Assembly (NCBI GenBank): GCA_963845755.1 | Contig: CAWJTV010000025.1 | Span: 96,001-160,000 of the forward strand | Direction: 5' to 3' | From: an uncultured Planctomycetota bacterium | GTDB lineage: Bacteria; Planctomycetota; Planctomycetia; Isosphaerales; Isosphaeraceae | DNA length: 64,000 bases | Part shown: positions 51,194 to 62,865 of the stretch, piece by piece | Layout: each line of letters begins with the position of its first letter | Position numbering within the stretch: position 1 is the stretch's first letter | Position numbers and translations under genes: made by a program | Notes under the pieces: generated by a model | The model's input: the letters and a program-made list of their open reading frames with translations, nothing else | Databases searched by the model: none | Told to the model about the DNA's origin: nothing

Positions 51194-54100
51194 ATGGCTC
51201 GAAGAACCGGCATCCTCGTCCTGGCCACCGGCATCGGCTTCACGATGGCCTGCGCCGCCACGCTCGTTGCCGACGAGCCCCCGGGTCCGGCGGCCGTCGA
51301 CCGGCGCGGGGTCAACCTGATCTTCGCCGGCAAGCTCGGCCCGGACGACCCCAAGCACCGAGAGGGATTCCAGGCGTTCCGGCTCCGTTTCGGCCGCGGC
51401 GATTGGGCCGGGACAACGATGCAGGTGACCTCGGTCTGGGGGGATGCGGAGGGCAAGGACCTGTGGGGATGGGCCGGCGGATCGCCGGCCGAGTGGTCCC
51501 CGGTCTTCCACGACGATCAGGGGGACTATTTCGTCCTTTACCTGGATCCGGGCGGGACCTCGCATAAGGTCGTGGCCCTCTTCCGGTACCTCCTCAAGGA
51601 CGGGACGTTCGGGGTGGCCGCCGCATCGTTCCCGTTCCAGGGCGAGTCGAAGCAAGGTGCCGAAAATGCCGTGAAGGGCAAGCCGGCCACGCCCGCGGTC
51701 GAGCAACGAGGGGTGGCCCTCTCGTTCGACGGGAAGCTCGGCCCGGACGACCCCAGGTATCGCAAGGATTTCGAGGCGTTTCGGCTGCGTTTCGGGCCCG
51801 GCGACTGGGCCGGGACGGCAATGCAGGTGACCTCGGCCTGGGGCGACAACGAGGGCAGGGACTTGTGGGGATGGATCGACGGATCGCCCGCCGAGTGGTC
51901 CCCGACCTTCCGCGACGACCGGGGAGACTATTTCATCCTGTACCTGCATGCCGCCGGGGCGTCCCACCGGGTGATCGCGGCCTTCCGGTATCTCCTCAAG
52001 GACGGGACGCCGGGAGTGGCCAAGGCGTCGTTACCGTACCATGGCGAGCCGAAGACGGATGCGGGGACGATCGCCTCGACAACGCCCAGGCCCGAGAAGG
52101 ATCTGGCCCGCAGCCGATTGACCGTGATTCCCGCCGGAGCGGACGCAGGGGCCAGGGCGGTGGTTGCGCTGGCGAGGCCGACGAGCGAGGCCGACGTCGA
52201 TGAAGAAGGTGGTCGGTTCCAGCCGCTCATGCCGCGCGAGTTGATCCGCCAGGCCCTCTTGATCGCCGCCCGCGACGAGCTGGGGTTGGGGACGCGCGAC
52301 GAGGTCATCGGCAACGCGCCGTCGGAGAAGCCGGGTCGCACGGCCGCCGAGGTCGCCTCGGTCTTCCGGGTTCAGCCGGGCGCGAGTCGGGTGCTGATTC
52401 GCCGCGGCGAGGGCGCCAAGGTCGAGGCGATCCTGAACCGGGACCTGCCGGGCTCGGCCGGCCAGTTCGGCTACCTGCCGAAGCTGACCGTCCTGGCCGA
52501 GAGCCTGTCCCGCAGCGAGTTCCCCGCCGCCCTGAAGGCGATCGGCCTGAGCGGGAAGCCCAATCCGTTGCGCGACGGCGCCCCCGCGCCGGCGAAGGTC
52601 GATGACCGGCTGAGACAGCTCGGGTTCGTCGAGCACCTGACGGCCATCCGCGACCTGCACGAGGCGATCCGGACAGACGGCGAATCCTCGACGCGACTGG
52701 GGGCGCTGGCCCGGGGATACGCGCAGCTCGGCGTGCTGAGCGAGTTCCACTGGCACCCGGCGCACAAGGCTTTCAAGGCCCGGGCGCTGCTCTATGCCCA
52801 GCGGCTGGCGGCGCGCGATCCGGCCTCGCCGTGGGGGCTGTGGAATCGCGCCTTCGTCCTGGCGATGGTCGGGCTCCCCCGCGACGCCCAGGCCGACCTC
52901 GACGAGGCCCGGAAGCGCGCCGATGCGCGGACGCCTCGAGCGACGGCCCCGGACTGGGTGAGGTTGATCGCGGCCTACGTGGCCCGCGATGCCGAGCGGC
53001 TGCGGCTCGAGAACGGGCCGCACCGGATGCTCGCGGCCTTGCTCCGCATGATGGTCTTCGAGTATCCGACCTGGACCGCCGTGGCCCTCCAGTCGGCCAG
53101 GGACGTCGTCGCGCTCGACCCGGAGTGCTACCGGGCTCACGAGCTGATGTGCCAGATCGGCGGGGTCTCCAACCTGCACGTCGCGACCGAGCTGGGGCCG
53201 GAGACGCTCGCCCGCCTCTTGCCGGAGAAGCTCGATGCGGTGCCCTCGCTGCCCAGGGGCGTCCGCCAGGCCCTCGCCCGGGGTGCCGGCGATGCGGGAT
53301 GGCTCGGAGCCCTCGATCGCGCCGGCCGGCCGCCCGGCGATGCCGGCGAACCGTCGTGGGGCGTCCTGGCCCATCTGGTCCGCGAGACCCGGTTCGTCCA
53401 GGTCTACCGACGCCTGGACTTCCTCCGCCTCCGGCTCTCGGTGCCGGCCGACGACTTCTGGGAGCAGGCCCGGCCGGACGTCGCCGGCCATCGCTATCGC
53501 CGGTTCCTCGAGACCTTCGCACAGTCGCCGCTGGACAACGTCCGGACCCTCACGGAGCTGCTTGGTCAACTCGATCCCACCGACCTGGAATGTCCGGCGG
53601 TCCCACTCATCAATGAACTCTTACGGTTAAACCCGACCAAGGGGCAGCGGATCTGGATGTCCACCATGAGCCATTGCGACGCGGTCGTCCGCGATGTCTC
53701 GCAGTTGATCGAGGCGGCGCAAACGCAGGGAGAGGTCGTCAAGCACGCCCGGGCCCTGCTGGAGATCAGCCCGCGCTCGGCCTTCGCCATGCTCGAGCTG
53801 GTCTACTTCGATTGGGACGCGACCAGGGATCGCGTGCCGGCCTGGCTGAAGCTCGTCGGCGAGGCGCCGCCCCTCCTGTGGGCCCTGGGAAAGAAGTACT
53901 CCGACCTGAAGCGGTACGACGAGGCGGAAGGATACCTCAGGCGGTTTATCCAGCAGTCGCCCGATTCCGCGGCCTTCGAGCTGCTCGCCGCCAGTTACAA
54001 GGCGGTCGGCGATCGGAAGCGCTGGAAGGAAACGCTCGACGAGTTCCTGGACAAGGTCGAAGACCACGGGCTGGACCATGCCCGGGTGCGGGTGAAGATC

Positions 54101-54950
54101 GCCGACGACTTCATGGAGCACCAGCAGTGGGCGGAGGCGCGGCCGTACGCCGAGGCGGCGGCGGAGACCTGGGCCCAGTGGGCGATGATGTGCGCCGCGC
54201 GTTGCAACGAGGGGCTGAAGGATTGGGATCGCGCGGAGCTCTGGATCCGAAGGACCGACCAGCGCTACCCCGACCCGAGCGGGACCGACTGGTACCGATT
54301 CTGCAAGCGTACGGGACACGGAGACTTCGAGGCGGCCCGCACCTCGACCGAGGCGCGCCTCGACGCGGTCCGGGGCCGTCCCGACCTCGCCGACCCGCGC
54401 AGCGTGGCCTATTTCTACTGGTCGATCCGCGCGCTCGAGAAAGCCCGGGACGCCTTGAATCAAGCGGCGGCCAGGGACCCGCTCGATTCCGCACTGGTCC
54501 TGAATCTGGCGCTCGTCTCCGACGAACTCGGCGACAAGACCCGTCGCGACGAGAACCTCGAATGGCTCTGGACCAAGCACCGAGGCCAGGCGCCCCGGAT
54601 CAACCAGGTCTGCCGAGTCCTCCGCAAGTGGCTGGCCGAAGGAGGTAAGGGCGAGCCGGACCTCGCGTCCGTGAACGCAACGATCGAGGGGACCGATCCC
54701 GATCGTCGCGGCGACCTGGAATACTTCGTCGGCCGGCTCCTCATGGGCCACGGCAAGCCCGAGCTGGGCCGCCCCTACCTCCAGCGAGTGAGCGACTCTC
54801 CGACCGCGAACGAGTGGCTCCGGATCATCGCCGCCGACGCCATCCGCCCGCCCGGCGCGGCTCCCGAACAGGGCCTCCCGAAGAAGCCGGCCGCCGCGCT
54901 CCGATTACCCGCAGGACCGCACGTGGTCCGCGGCACGGCGGCGATGCGGC
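51194..54950 (+). CDS. Large secreted protein: two tandem unknown N-terminal domains + TPR-like helical region (3' end uncertain)
   Basis: GGGGAG RBS; signal peptide MARRTGILVLATGIGFTMACAATLVA; duplicated ~118-aa domain; TPR-like motifs (ALGKKYSDLKRYDEAEGYLRR). The ORF beyond ~54950 overlaps two better-supported minus-strand genes. Confidence 0.75.
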
Positions 54951-54973
54951 GATCGCCGCTGTTGTCGCGGGCC

Positions 54974-55360
54974 CTACTTCTGGCGGATGCCGATTCCCAT
55001 GACCTCGGGCATTTTTCCCAGCAGATCCGGCTGCTGGGGGAAGTGCTCGACGAACAGACGACCGTCCTTGCCCATCGTCAGCCGCTCGACTCGCGCATCG
55101 CCCGCGAAGAGGAGCAGGAGCGCCTCGGACTTGCGAACGACCCGGCCCTTCATCTTCTCTCGCTCGAACGACACGAGGCCCTGCCGATCGATGGAGTAGA
55201 GCCGGTCCGAGCCGTTCGTGTAACTGATCTGCCACTCGCCCGCCAGCTCGGCGATGGCCTTGTCCTTCGCTTCCTGGGCCGGAACGGTCAATACGGTCGC
55301 CGTTGCGAGGACCCCGAACGCGAGGATGGTCCGTGCATACACACGAGCGTTGCGCCTCAT
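54974..55360 (-). CDS. Small secreted hypothetical protein
   Basis: GGGAGG RBS; signal peptide MRRNARVYARTILAFGVLATATVLTVPA; LAGEWQISY beta-rich domain. Confidence 0.7.
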   Translation of the reverse strand: MRRNARVYARTILAFGVLATATVLTVPAQEAKDKAIAELAGEWQISYTNGSDRLYSIDRQGLVSFEREKMKGRVVRKSEALLLLFAGDARVERLTMGKDGRLFVEHFPQQPDLLGKMPEVMGIGIRQK

Positions 55361-55789
55361 GATGCCTCCCCTGGTGGATCGGCCGTACCGGACGCGGCAG
55401 TCCTTGTCCGGAGTGCCATGGAGTATGCGGCCGGGCAGCCGGCTGACTCGGCCCTGATGACCCGGCGGCTCCCGTTGGTCGGTCTCGCACGGGATCATTT
55501 GGATCGCGTCAATCAAGAAGTAAAATTAGTTTCACATTCTAATGCTTCGCTCTGCCTCCGGATGCCCAGGGACCACGGGGCAGGGATATTGAACCAGGAT
55601 TGGGTTCACACAGACAATGCATTCCCGTGTTTTTCCCCTGCCGAGGCCGGGCGGGGAGAGATCGCCGTGAACCCAATTCTGATCGCGGCGCGTCTGCCTC
55701 GTCCGAGGCGAAACCGAGAGTTTGGCTCACCCGTCAGGACCAGAACCGGACGCGGAGATCCGTTGTGCGGATTCCGGATCGTGCGACGA

Positions 55790-56998
55790 TTACTTTCCGA
55801 ACAGCTCCAAGTCGACCACACCGGCCATCATTTTGTACCCTTCGGGTCCCGGGTGCAGATGGTCGCCGCCGTCCGCCGTGGCGGAGAGGCGCGACGGTTT
55901 CTGGGAGTCGCGGGTCGCCGCGTCGAAATCGATGACCGCGTCGAAGCGGCCCGACCTGCGGACCCAGGCGTTGACCTCCTGGCGTGCGGCCTCGAGCTCG
56001 GGGTTGAAATAGAACGAGCCCTCGCAGGGCAGGATCGTCGCCCCGTACACCTTGATCCCCCGGGCGTGGGTGCGCCGGATGATCTGCTCGTAGGCTCCGA
56101 TCAGGTCGCGGGCCGTCGCCGAGCGCGTCCCCAGGTCGTTGATCCCCTCCAGGACGATCAACCAGCGCAGGCCCGGCTGCGCCAGGACATCGCGATCCAG
56201 TCGTGCCAGGGCATTCGGCCCCAGGCCGTCGTTCAGGACGCGGTTGCCGCCGAGACCCTGGTTCAGGACCCCAACGAGGGCGGTCCCTTCGCCCTCGTGC
56301 AAGCGGCGGGCGAGGTGGTCGGTCCAGCGGCCGTTGCCGTCCGTCGGCGAGCCTCGGCCATCGGTGATCGAGTCGCCCAGCACCGCCACGGCGGCAGCCT
56401 GGGCGGCGGGGGCGTCCACGTCGACCCCGCACAGGTAGTACCAGTGCGGGGTGCGAGCCGCGCGCGGCAGATCGGGCTCCGCGACCGCGTCGCCGGCCTG
56501 CAGATACGAGGTGCACCGCGCTCCCGGGTGACCGGTGACCGCGTCCGCGCGGTCCTTGAGGCGGACCGTCACCGCCAGGTCGGAGAGCGGGGCCAGCTCG
56601 AACTCGACCGGGTCCGAGACCATCGGCGCCCCCTGGGGGATCGTTACCGAAGACCGTCCGCCGAACGCGAGGGGCTTGCCGCTCTCGGTCCGGATCGCGG
56701 CCCCACCGGCGGGCGTGGCCGCGTGCGCCGAGAGGATCGTCAGGGGCTTCGTCCCGAAGGCATTGGAGAACCGGACTCTCAGGCGCCGCCCGCCCATCGA
56801 GACGTGGACGACCTGTCGGAGCGTGGTGTCGGCAAGGCCCGGCGCGGGCGGCATGTTGGCCGGCTCGGTCCGCTGGGGCGAGGCTGCCCAGGTCCCCACC
56901 CAGCGACCATCGTCGCCCCGCGCCCCGGCCCCGGTCAGGGCGACGATCGCCAGGGCCAGAAGGCCCGTTGAGAGGAGGCGAGTGATGCGGTCCGTCAT
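55790..56998 (-). CDS. Secreted SGNH/GDSL hydrolase
   Basis: WVGTWAASPQ, VLGDSITDG, NQGLGGN, EGINDL, GDHLHP. Confidence 0.92.
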   Translation of the reverse strand: MTDRITRLLSTGLLALAIVALTGAGARGDDGRWVGTWAASPQRTEPANMPPAPGLADTTLRQVVHVSMGGRRLRVRFSNAFGTKPLTILSAHAATPAGGAAIRTESGKPLAFGGRSSVTIPQGAPMVSDPVEFELAPLSDLAVTVRLKDRADAVTGHPGARCTSYLQAGDAVAEPDLPRAARTPHWYYLCGVDVDAPAAQAAAVAVLGDSITDGRGSPTDGNGRWTDHLARRLHEGEGTALVGVLNQGLGGNRVLNDGLGPNALARLDRDVLAQPGLRWLIVLEGINDLGTRSATARDLIGAYEQIIRRTHARGIKVYGATILPCEGSFYFNPELEAARQEVNAWVRRSGRFDAVIDFDAATRDSQKPSRLSATADGGDHLHPGPEGYKMMAGVVDLELFGK

Positions 56999-57014
56999 CG
57001 GTGGACTCCCGCGA

Positions 57015-58479
57015 TTACTTATCGCCCGTCCCGCTCGTCGCCGGGGCATCCTTGAGCTTGATGTAGCGGTCGGCAAAGGCGAGGAACGTCGGCCAGTTCG
57101 GGCCGGTGGTGTGGCCCCCCTTGTGCTGCCGGAAGGCGAGCTCGCCGTCGGTGATCGACGTCTCCACCTCGGGGAACTCGGACGTGCCAAGGTCCTTCTT
57201 GCCCAGCAGCCGGAAGACCGGGCCGGCCGCCACGGCCGCCAGGAAGCTGCCCCGCTGGTCGACCCACTGGCCCTCGGCTCCCGGGCCAGTCGAGGCGCCG
57301 TAGCTGATGAACGTCGGCCGCGGTGCGCACAGGGCGATCATCTCGTGGGCGTCGACGGGAAGGTCGGCCGGCGTCAAGGGGCCGCCGTACTTGATGAAGT
57401 TCCCGGCCATCCAGTGGTATTCGCCCGAGCCCGTGAGGTTCTCGACCAGCTCGCCGAAGTTGCGGCGATGGAGCTTCGCCCCGCCCTCGCCCGAGGAGCC
57501 GATGAAGCCGATCGCGAAACGCGGCTCGTACGCCATCGCGACGAGCGCCGCCTTGCCGTACCGCGAGAGCCCCTCGATGCCGACCTGCTTCGCGTCGACG
57601 GCCTTGTCCGTCTCGAAGTAGTCCAGGGCGCGGCTGCGCCCCAGGCCCAGGCGCGGAGGGAGCCCCAGTCGTCGGGCTTGCGCGGCTGCCCCTTGTTGCA
57701 CAGGCCGATGATGCCCTTGGTCAGCCCCGCGCCGTTATCGGCCTGGATGCTGTTGGGGACGATGATGGCGTAGCCCCAGCCCTTGGCGAGGACCAACGGT
57801 TGCCACGGCGGGCCGAAGAGCCCGAACCCGGCGCCCTTCGTCGCCGCCTTGGGCATCGCCTTCTTGGCCGCCGCCCCCGGCCTCGGGCCGAACCCGAAGC
57901 CGAATTCCATCATCACCGGCACCGGACCCTTGGCCTCCGCCGGCGTCGTCAGCGTGAGCTGGATGTCGACCTTGATCTCCGGGCACCGCGCATTGTCGAC
58001 GTGGCCCACCAGCCTCTTGGTGATGACCGGGATGCCGTCGACCTTCTCCTGCTTCGTCTCGGTAACTTCCCACTTCACCTCGGGTACGTCTTTGGGGACG
58101 CGGCCGTAGACCTCGCGGTCGAAGTCCTCGACGATCTCCGGCCGGCGCCTGGTCCACCACTGGTCGGCGGAGGTGACCTTTGTCCCATCCTTGCAGACGA
58201 GCGGGTCGGGGAGCGTGAACGGCTTGACCTTCGACTCGTCGTAGTTGGCAAAGTTCGGCGCACTGCGATTCATCCCTTCGGCACCCTTGCGGAGCGATTT
58301 GATCCCCAGTGCCTCCATCATCAGCTTGTGGTCCCGCTGGCTGGCCACCTGGATGGGGTTCGGGTTGGCCGACTTCGCGACTTGCCCGACTTCGCGGGCT
58401 TCGCGTCCTGCGCGAAGGCGGGCACGGCGAGCATGAGCATGAACATGAACAGAAGACTCGCGAGGATGGCTCTTGGCAT
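57015..58479 (-). CDS. CE15-like glucuronoyl esterase / acetylxylan esterase (frameshifts ~58380 and ~57635)
   Basis: Signal peptide; NYDESKV...LPDPL, WGSLRAWAWG, GLSRYGKA nucleophile motif, SSGEGGA, LPVDAHEMIALCAPRP. Confidence 0.85.
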
Positions 58480-58583
58480 CGGAGGAGTCCCGGGACAGAA
58501 AGTGGAGGAACGTGAACAACGCTGGAGCATACACGAATCGCAGGCGAAATGCTCGACCCTGCAGCGTTGCGTGCCCACGGGCG

Positions 58584-59969
58584 TCACGCCAGGATCGCCT
58601 TGTGGACTACCCCCTTGACGTCGGTCAGCCTCATGTCGCGCCCGGCGTATCGGTAGGTCAGGCGCTCGTGATCGAGACCGAGCAGGTGGAGGATCGTGGC
58701 GTGCAGGTCGTGGACGTGCATCGGGTTCTCGACGGCCTCGTATCCGAGTTCGTCGGTCTGCCCGTGGGCGATCCCGGGCTTCACGCCGCCACCGGCCAGC
58801 CAGAGGCTGAAACCCTTGTTGTTGTGGTCGCGGCCGTCGGCGTTCTGCCCGTGGGGCGTGCGGCCGAACTCGCCGCCCCAGATCACGAGCGTCTTGTCGA
58901 GAAGGCCCCGGCCACGAAGGTCGGTCAGGAGGCCAGCGATCGGACGATCGACGGCCCGCGCGTTGCGAGAGTGGCCGGCTTTGAGGCCACGGTGCTGGTC
59001 CCAGTCGCCATGCGTCAGCTCGACGAAGCGCACGCCAGCCTCGACGAAGCGCCGCGCGAGCAGGCACTGGCGGCCGAAATCCGCGGTCACTGGGTCGTCC
59101 AGGCCGTAAAGGCCCTTCGTCGCCGCCGACTCCGCCGCGAGGTCCATGACGCCCGGGAGCTTGCCCTGCATGCGGAAGGCCAGCTCGTAGGACTCGATGA
59201 CGCCCTCGACGCCGGGATGGACGCGCTCGCGTTCGATCAGGTCGCGGTTCATCGCCTGGATGAGGTCCAGTTGGAGCCGCTGGGCCTCGGCGTCGAGCCG
59301 GGGGTTCTTGATATTGCCGATCCGGGCCTGGGCGACGGGCTGCCCCTCGTTGCCGATGCGGGTCGCCTGGCAGGCCGCCGGCAGGAAGGCGCTGCCGTAG
59401 TTCTGGGCGCCGCCGTTGCGCCCGGTCGGCTTGATCGCGATGAAGCCGGGGAGGTCCTCGCTCTCAGTCCCGAGACCGTAGAGGGTCCACGCCCCGAGCG
59501 AGGGCCGGATGAACTGCGAGCTGCCCGTGTGCAGCATCAAATAGGCTTCCGGGTGGGCTGGGAGGTCGGTCTGCATGCTGCGGATCACGCACAGCTCGTC
59601 GGCGTGCCCGGCGACCTCGGGGAACAGCTCGGAGACCCACAGCCCGCTCTCGCCGCGCCTCCGGAATTTCCAGAGCGACCCCATCAGCTTCGCGCCGGGG
59701 ATGCGGCCCGGCCGGGCCGATGCCTTGCCGTCGGCCGAGGCGAGTTCGGGCTTGTAGTCGAACGTATCGACGTGCGAAGGTGCCCCGTTCATGCAGAGGA
59801 AGATCACGTGACTGGCTCGAGCCGGGAAGTGCGGGGCCTTCGGCGCGAGCGGCGAGTCCTTCGAGCCCGCCCCGGCCGCCATCGACGACAGGCCGGCGAA
59901 CGCCAGATAGCCGAACCCGGAGGAGACTCCCTTCAACAGGTCGCGACGAGAGAGACCGCGGGCAATCAT
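58584..59969 (-). CDS. DUF1501 domain protein
   Basis: SRRDLL Tat-like start, IFLCMNGAPSHVDTFDYKP, CLLARRFVEAGVRFV, WGGEFGRTP, HDLHATILHLLG. Confidence 0.93.
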   Translation of the reverse strand: MIARGLSRRDLLKGVSSGFGYLAFAGLSSMAAGAGSKDSPLAPKAPHFPARASHVIFLCMNGAPSHVDTFDYKPELASADGKASARPGRIPGAKLMGSLWKFRRRGESGLWVSELFPEVAGHADELCVIRSMQTDLPAHPEAYLMLHTGSSQFIRPSLGAWTLYGLGTESEDLPGFIAIKPTGRNGGAQNYGSAFLPAACQATRIGNEGQPVAQARIGNIKNPRLDAEAQRLQLDLIQAMNRDLIERERVHPGVEGVIESYELAFRMQGKLPGVMDLAAESAATKGLYGLDDPVTADFGRQCLLARRFVEAGVRFVELTHGDWDQHRGLKAGHSRNARAVDRPIAGLLTDLRGRGLLDKTLVIWGGEFGRTPHGQNADGRDHNNKGFSLWLAGGGVKPGIAHGQTDELGYEAVENPMHVHDLHATILHLLGLDHERLTYRYAGRDMRLTDVKGVVHKAILA

Positions 59970-60007
59970 GGGATCGATCCTCCAGGTTGTGGTACGCTCG
60001 CGGTCAC

Positions 60008-62708
60008 TCAATCGCGATAGCGGAACTCGGCGCCGGCGAGGAGAGCCTGGCAGAACGCACACCAGGCCCCGCGTGCCGGATCAGTCCCGCCTGCGCGTGC
60101 CGCGAATTCGCCGAGGAAGGCGAGGGCGCGGTCCCGCTCCACGGGCGCCGGCCCCCGCGCGAGGGCGATCCGATACGCCCGATCGACGCGATGGGCCTCG
60201 CCGCCCTCAATGGCGCGGACGCGATCGGCAAGAGCCTCGGCCTGCCGGATCACGAGCAGTCCATTCAGGAAATAGAGCGCCTGAGCCGGGCCGGTCGTCG
60301 TCGCCCGCTCGCCCGTCACGAGGCTCGGGTCGGCGAAGTCGAACAGGGTGAGCGACTCGAGCACCCGATCGCGGACCACGGGCAGATAGACCGACCGATG
60401 CGCATCCGATGCGTCCAGGCCCTCGACGCGGACGAAAAACGCCAGCCCCTCGCCCACACGCGCCACCGCCGACCCGACCGGCGGCCCGGTCGCGAGCCGG
60501 CCCCCGACGAACAGGAGGGCATCGCGCACAGCCTCGGCCTCCAGGCGGAGCTTGCTCATCCGCCAGACGAGGGCGTTGTCGGGGTCGACCTCGAAGTTCC
60601 GGGGATCGTGGACCGAGTCGAGCCCATAGGCCCGGCTGAGCACGATCCGCCGGATGAGCCCCTTGATCGACCAGCCGTCATTCATGAATTCGACGGCCAG
60701 GGTGTCGAGGAGCTCCGGATGACTCGGCCGCGCGCCGGCGGCGCCGAAGTTGTCCGGCGTGGGCACGAGCCCTCGACCGAAGAGGTGCAGCCAGACCCGG
60801 TTCACGATCACGCGGGCGGTCATCGGGTTCGAGGGCGAGGCGAGCCACTCGGCTAGCTCGCGGCGGCCGCTGCCCGATGGGATCGATGCGGACGAATCGT
60901 CGCAGAGCACGCGGACGAGCCCGCGGGGGACCACCTCACCCGGCTGGTCGAGTTCTCCACGGACGTAGAGCGGGCTGTCGATGGACTCGTCGCGCTCTCG
61001 GACGCCCATCGCGAACGCGCGGGGCGAACCGCCGGGGCGGTCGATGAGCAGGCGATGGCGGAGCGTCGCGAGCATCGAGTTGGCCCGTCGGAGCCGGTCG
61101 CGGTTCGCCTCGCCCGGGGGAATCGCGTCGCGCTCGCGGACCAGGGCGGCGAGGCGCTCCGCCATCGTGGCCCTCTGCTCGGGCGTGAGCGCGGGGACGG
61201 CTGCGGGGACGTTCGCGCCCGGCGGCAGCTCGATCAGGGGCGAGGCATTGAAATTCGGAAAGACGCCCGCGAGCGTGCCCGAGCACGTCTGCGTGCTTCG
61301 GAAGATTCCGGACAGCGCGTAATAATCGCGCTGGGGAATCGGGTCGATCTTGTGGTCGTGGCAGCGGGCGCACGCGACCGTCAGGCCGAGGAAGGCGCGC
61401 GTGGTCGCCTCGATCTGTTCGTCGACGACATCCAGGACGAACTGCCCGCGGTTCTCGGCGTCGTGGGCCTTGCTGCCGAGGGCGAGGAAGCCAGTCGCGA
61501 TGATCTGTTCGGCCCGCTCGACGTCGTCCTCGGCGGGCATGAGGTCGCCGGCGATCTGCTCGCGGACGAACCGGTCGTACGGCTTGTCGGCGTTGAATGA
61601 GGCGATCGCCCAGTCCCGATAGCGCCAGGCCTGGGGATAGCTGAAATTCGTCTTGCCGCTCGACTCGGCGTAGCGGGCCACATCGAGCCAGTGCCGGCCC
61701 CACCGTTCGCCGTAGCGGGGCGAGGCGAGGAGCCGATCGACGACCTTCGCGAAGGCGTCGGGCGAGTCGTCCGCGAGGAACGCATCGAACTCCTCGGGCG
61801 TGGGCGGGAGGCCGGAGAGGTCGAACGTCACCCGGCGGAGGAGCCTCGGGCGGCCGGCGTCGCCGCCCGGGGCAAGTCCTCGGGCTTCGAGCGCCGCGAG
61901 GAGGAAGCGGTCGATGTCGCCGCGCGGCCATTCGGTGCGCTTCACCGAGGGCGGGCTGGACTTCTTCGGTGGCCGGAACGACCAGAACTCCCGACCCTTC
62001 GCGAGATCCGGCGACGGGCGCCCCGCGGTCGTCGAGGCCGGCCCGGTCCGCGGGTCGGGGGCACCCATCCTGATCCAGGCCTCGAAGTCCGCGACGACCG
62101 CGTCCGGGAGCTTCCCCTTGGGGGGCATCTGGAGGTCTTCGTCGCGGTAGCGGATCGCGCGGAGGAGCAGGCTCTCGTCGGGCTGGCCGGGAACGATCAC
62201 CGGGCCGGAGTCCCCGCCGAGTCGGAGTCCCTCGCGGTTGTCGAGACGGAGCCCGCCCCGCAGCTTCTCGGCGGTGCTCGCGTGGCACTTGCCGCAGTGA
62301 GTGACGAGGACGGGCCGGATCTTCGCCTCGAAGAATTGCTCCTGCTCGGGCGTGATGCCGACCCCGCGGCGACTTCTCCCTGGGTGCGGACGCCTTCGCG
62401 GGTGTGCCTCCAGGTCTCTGGGGGAACGACTTGCGGTATTCCGCCAGCGAGAGGAACCCGTCGCGATCCGCGTCGAGCCGGCGGAACATCGGCTCGATCG
62501 TCGCCGCCGCGGACTTCATCCGAGGCGAGCTGCGCAGGAAGTCCCGGTACTCGTCGAGCGAGAGCCGGCCGTCGAGGTCGGCATCGCCCAGCATGAAGAT
62601 CCGCTCGGGGTCGAAGGCCGGGAACCGCTGGGTCTGTGTCTGGGCCCGCGTCGGGATTGCCAGGAGCAGGACGACCACCGGCAACACTCGCGCCAAGAAT
62701 CCCGTCAT
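60008..62708 (-). CDS. PSD1/PSCyt (DUF1549/DUF1553) planctomycete cytochrome c protein with N-terminal EF-hand pair (frameshift ~62370)
   Basis: DADLDGRLSLDEY and DADRDGFLSLAEY; HCGKCH; YGERWGRHWLDVARYAES; CARCHDHK; PSHPELLD. Confidence 0.9.
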
Positions 62709-62726
62709 TGCAGGGTTCCTTTCCCA

Positions 62727-62846
62727 GAGGCTGTCTCGGAAGGTCTTTGTAGGGTGCTCTGTGAGCACCGATCCGGCGGATTCTGCCGAATTCGGTGCTC
62801 ACAGAGCACCCTACGAGACAGCCGTTGAGGTTTCCGGAACAGTCTC
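62727..62846. mobile_element. 120-bp MITE-like shell containing a GTAG REP doublet
   Basis: Inner GTAGGGTGCTCTGTGAGCACCG (62749) / CGGTGCTCACAGAGCACCCTAC (ends 62814); outer imperfect IR GAGGCTGTCTCGGAA / TTCCGGAACAGTCTC. Confidence 0.7.
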
Positions 62847-62865
62847 TCCATCGACCGGGGATGAT

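Noticed and set aside
54950..56971. C-terminal ~670 aa of the 1925-aa ORF
   Set aside because: Overlaps two well-supported minus-strand genes and reads like antisense sequence; probably a missed stop.
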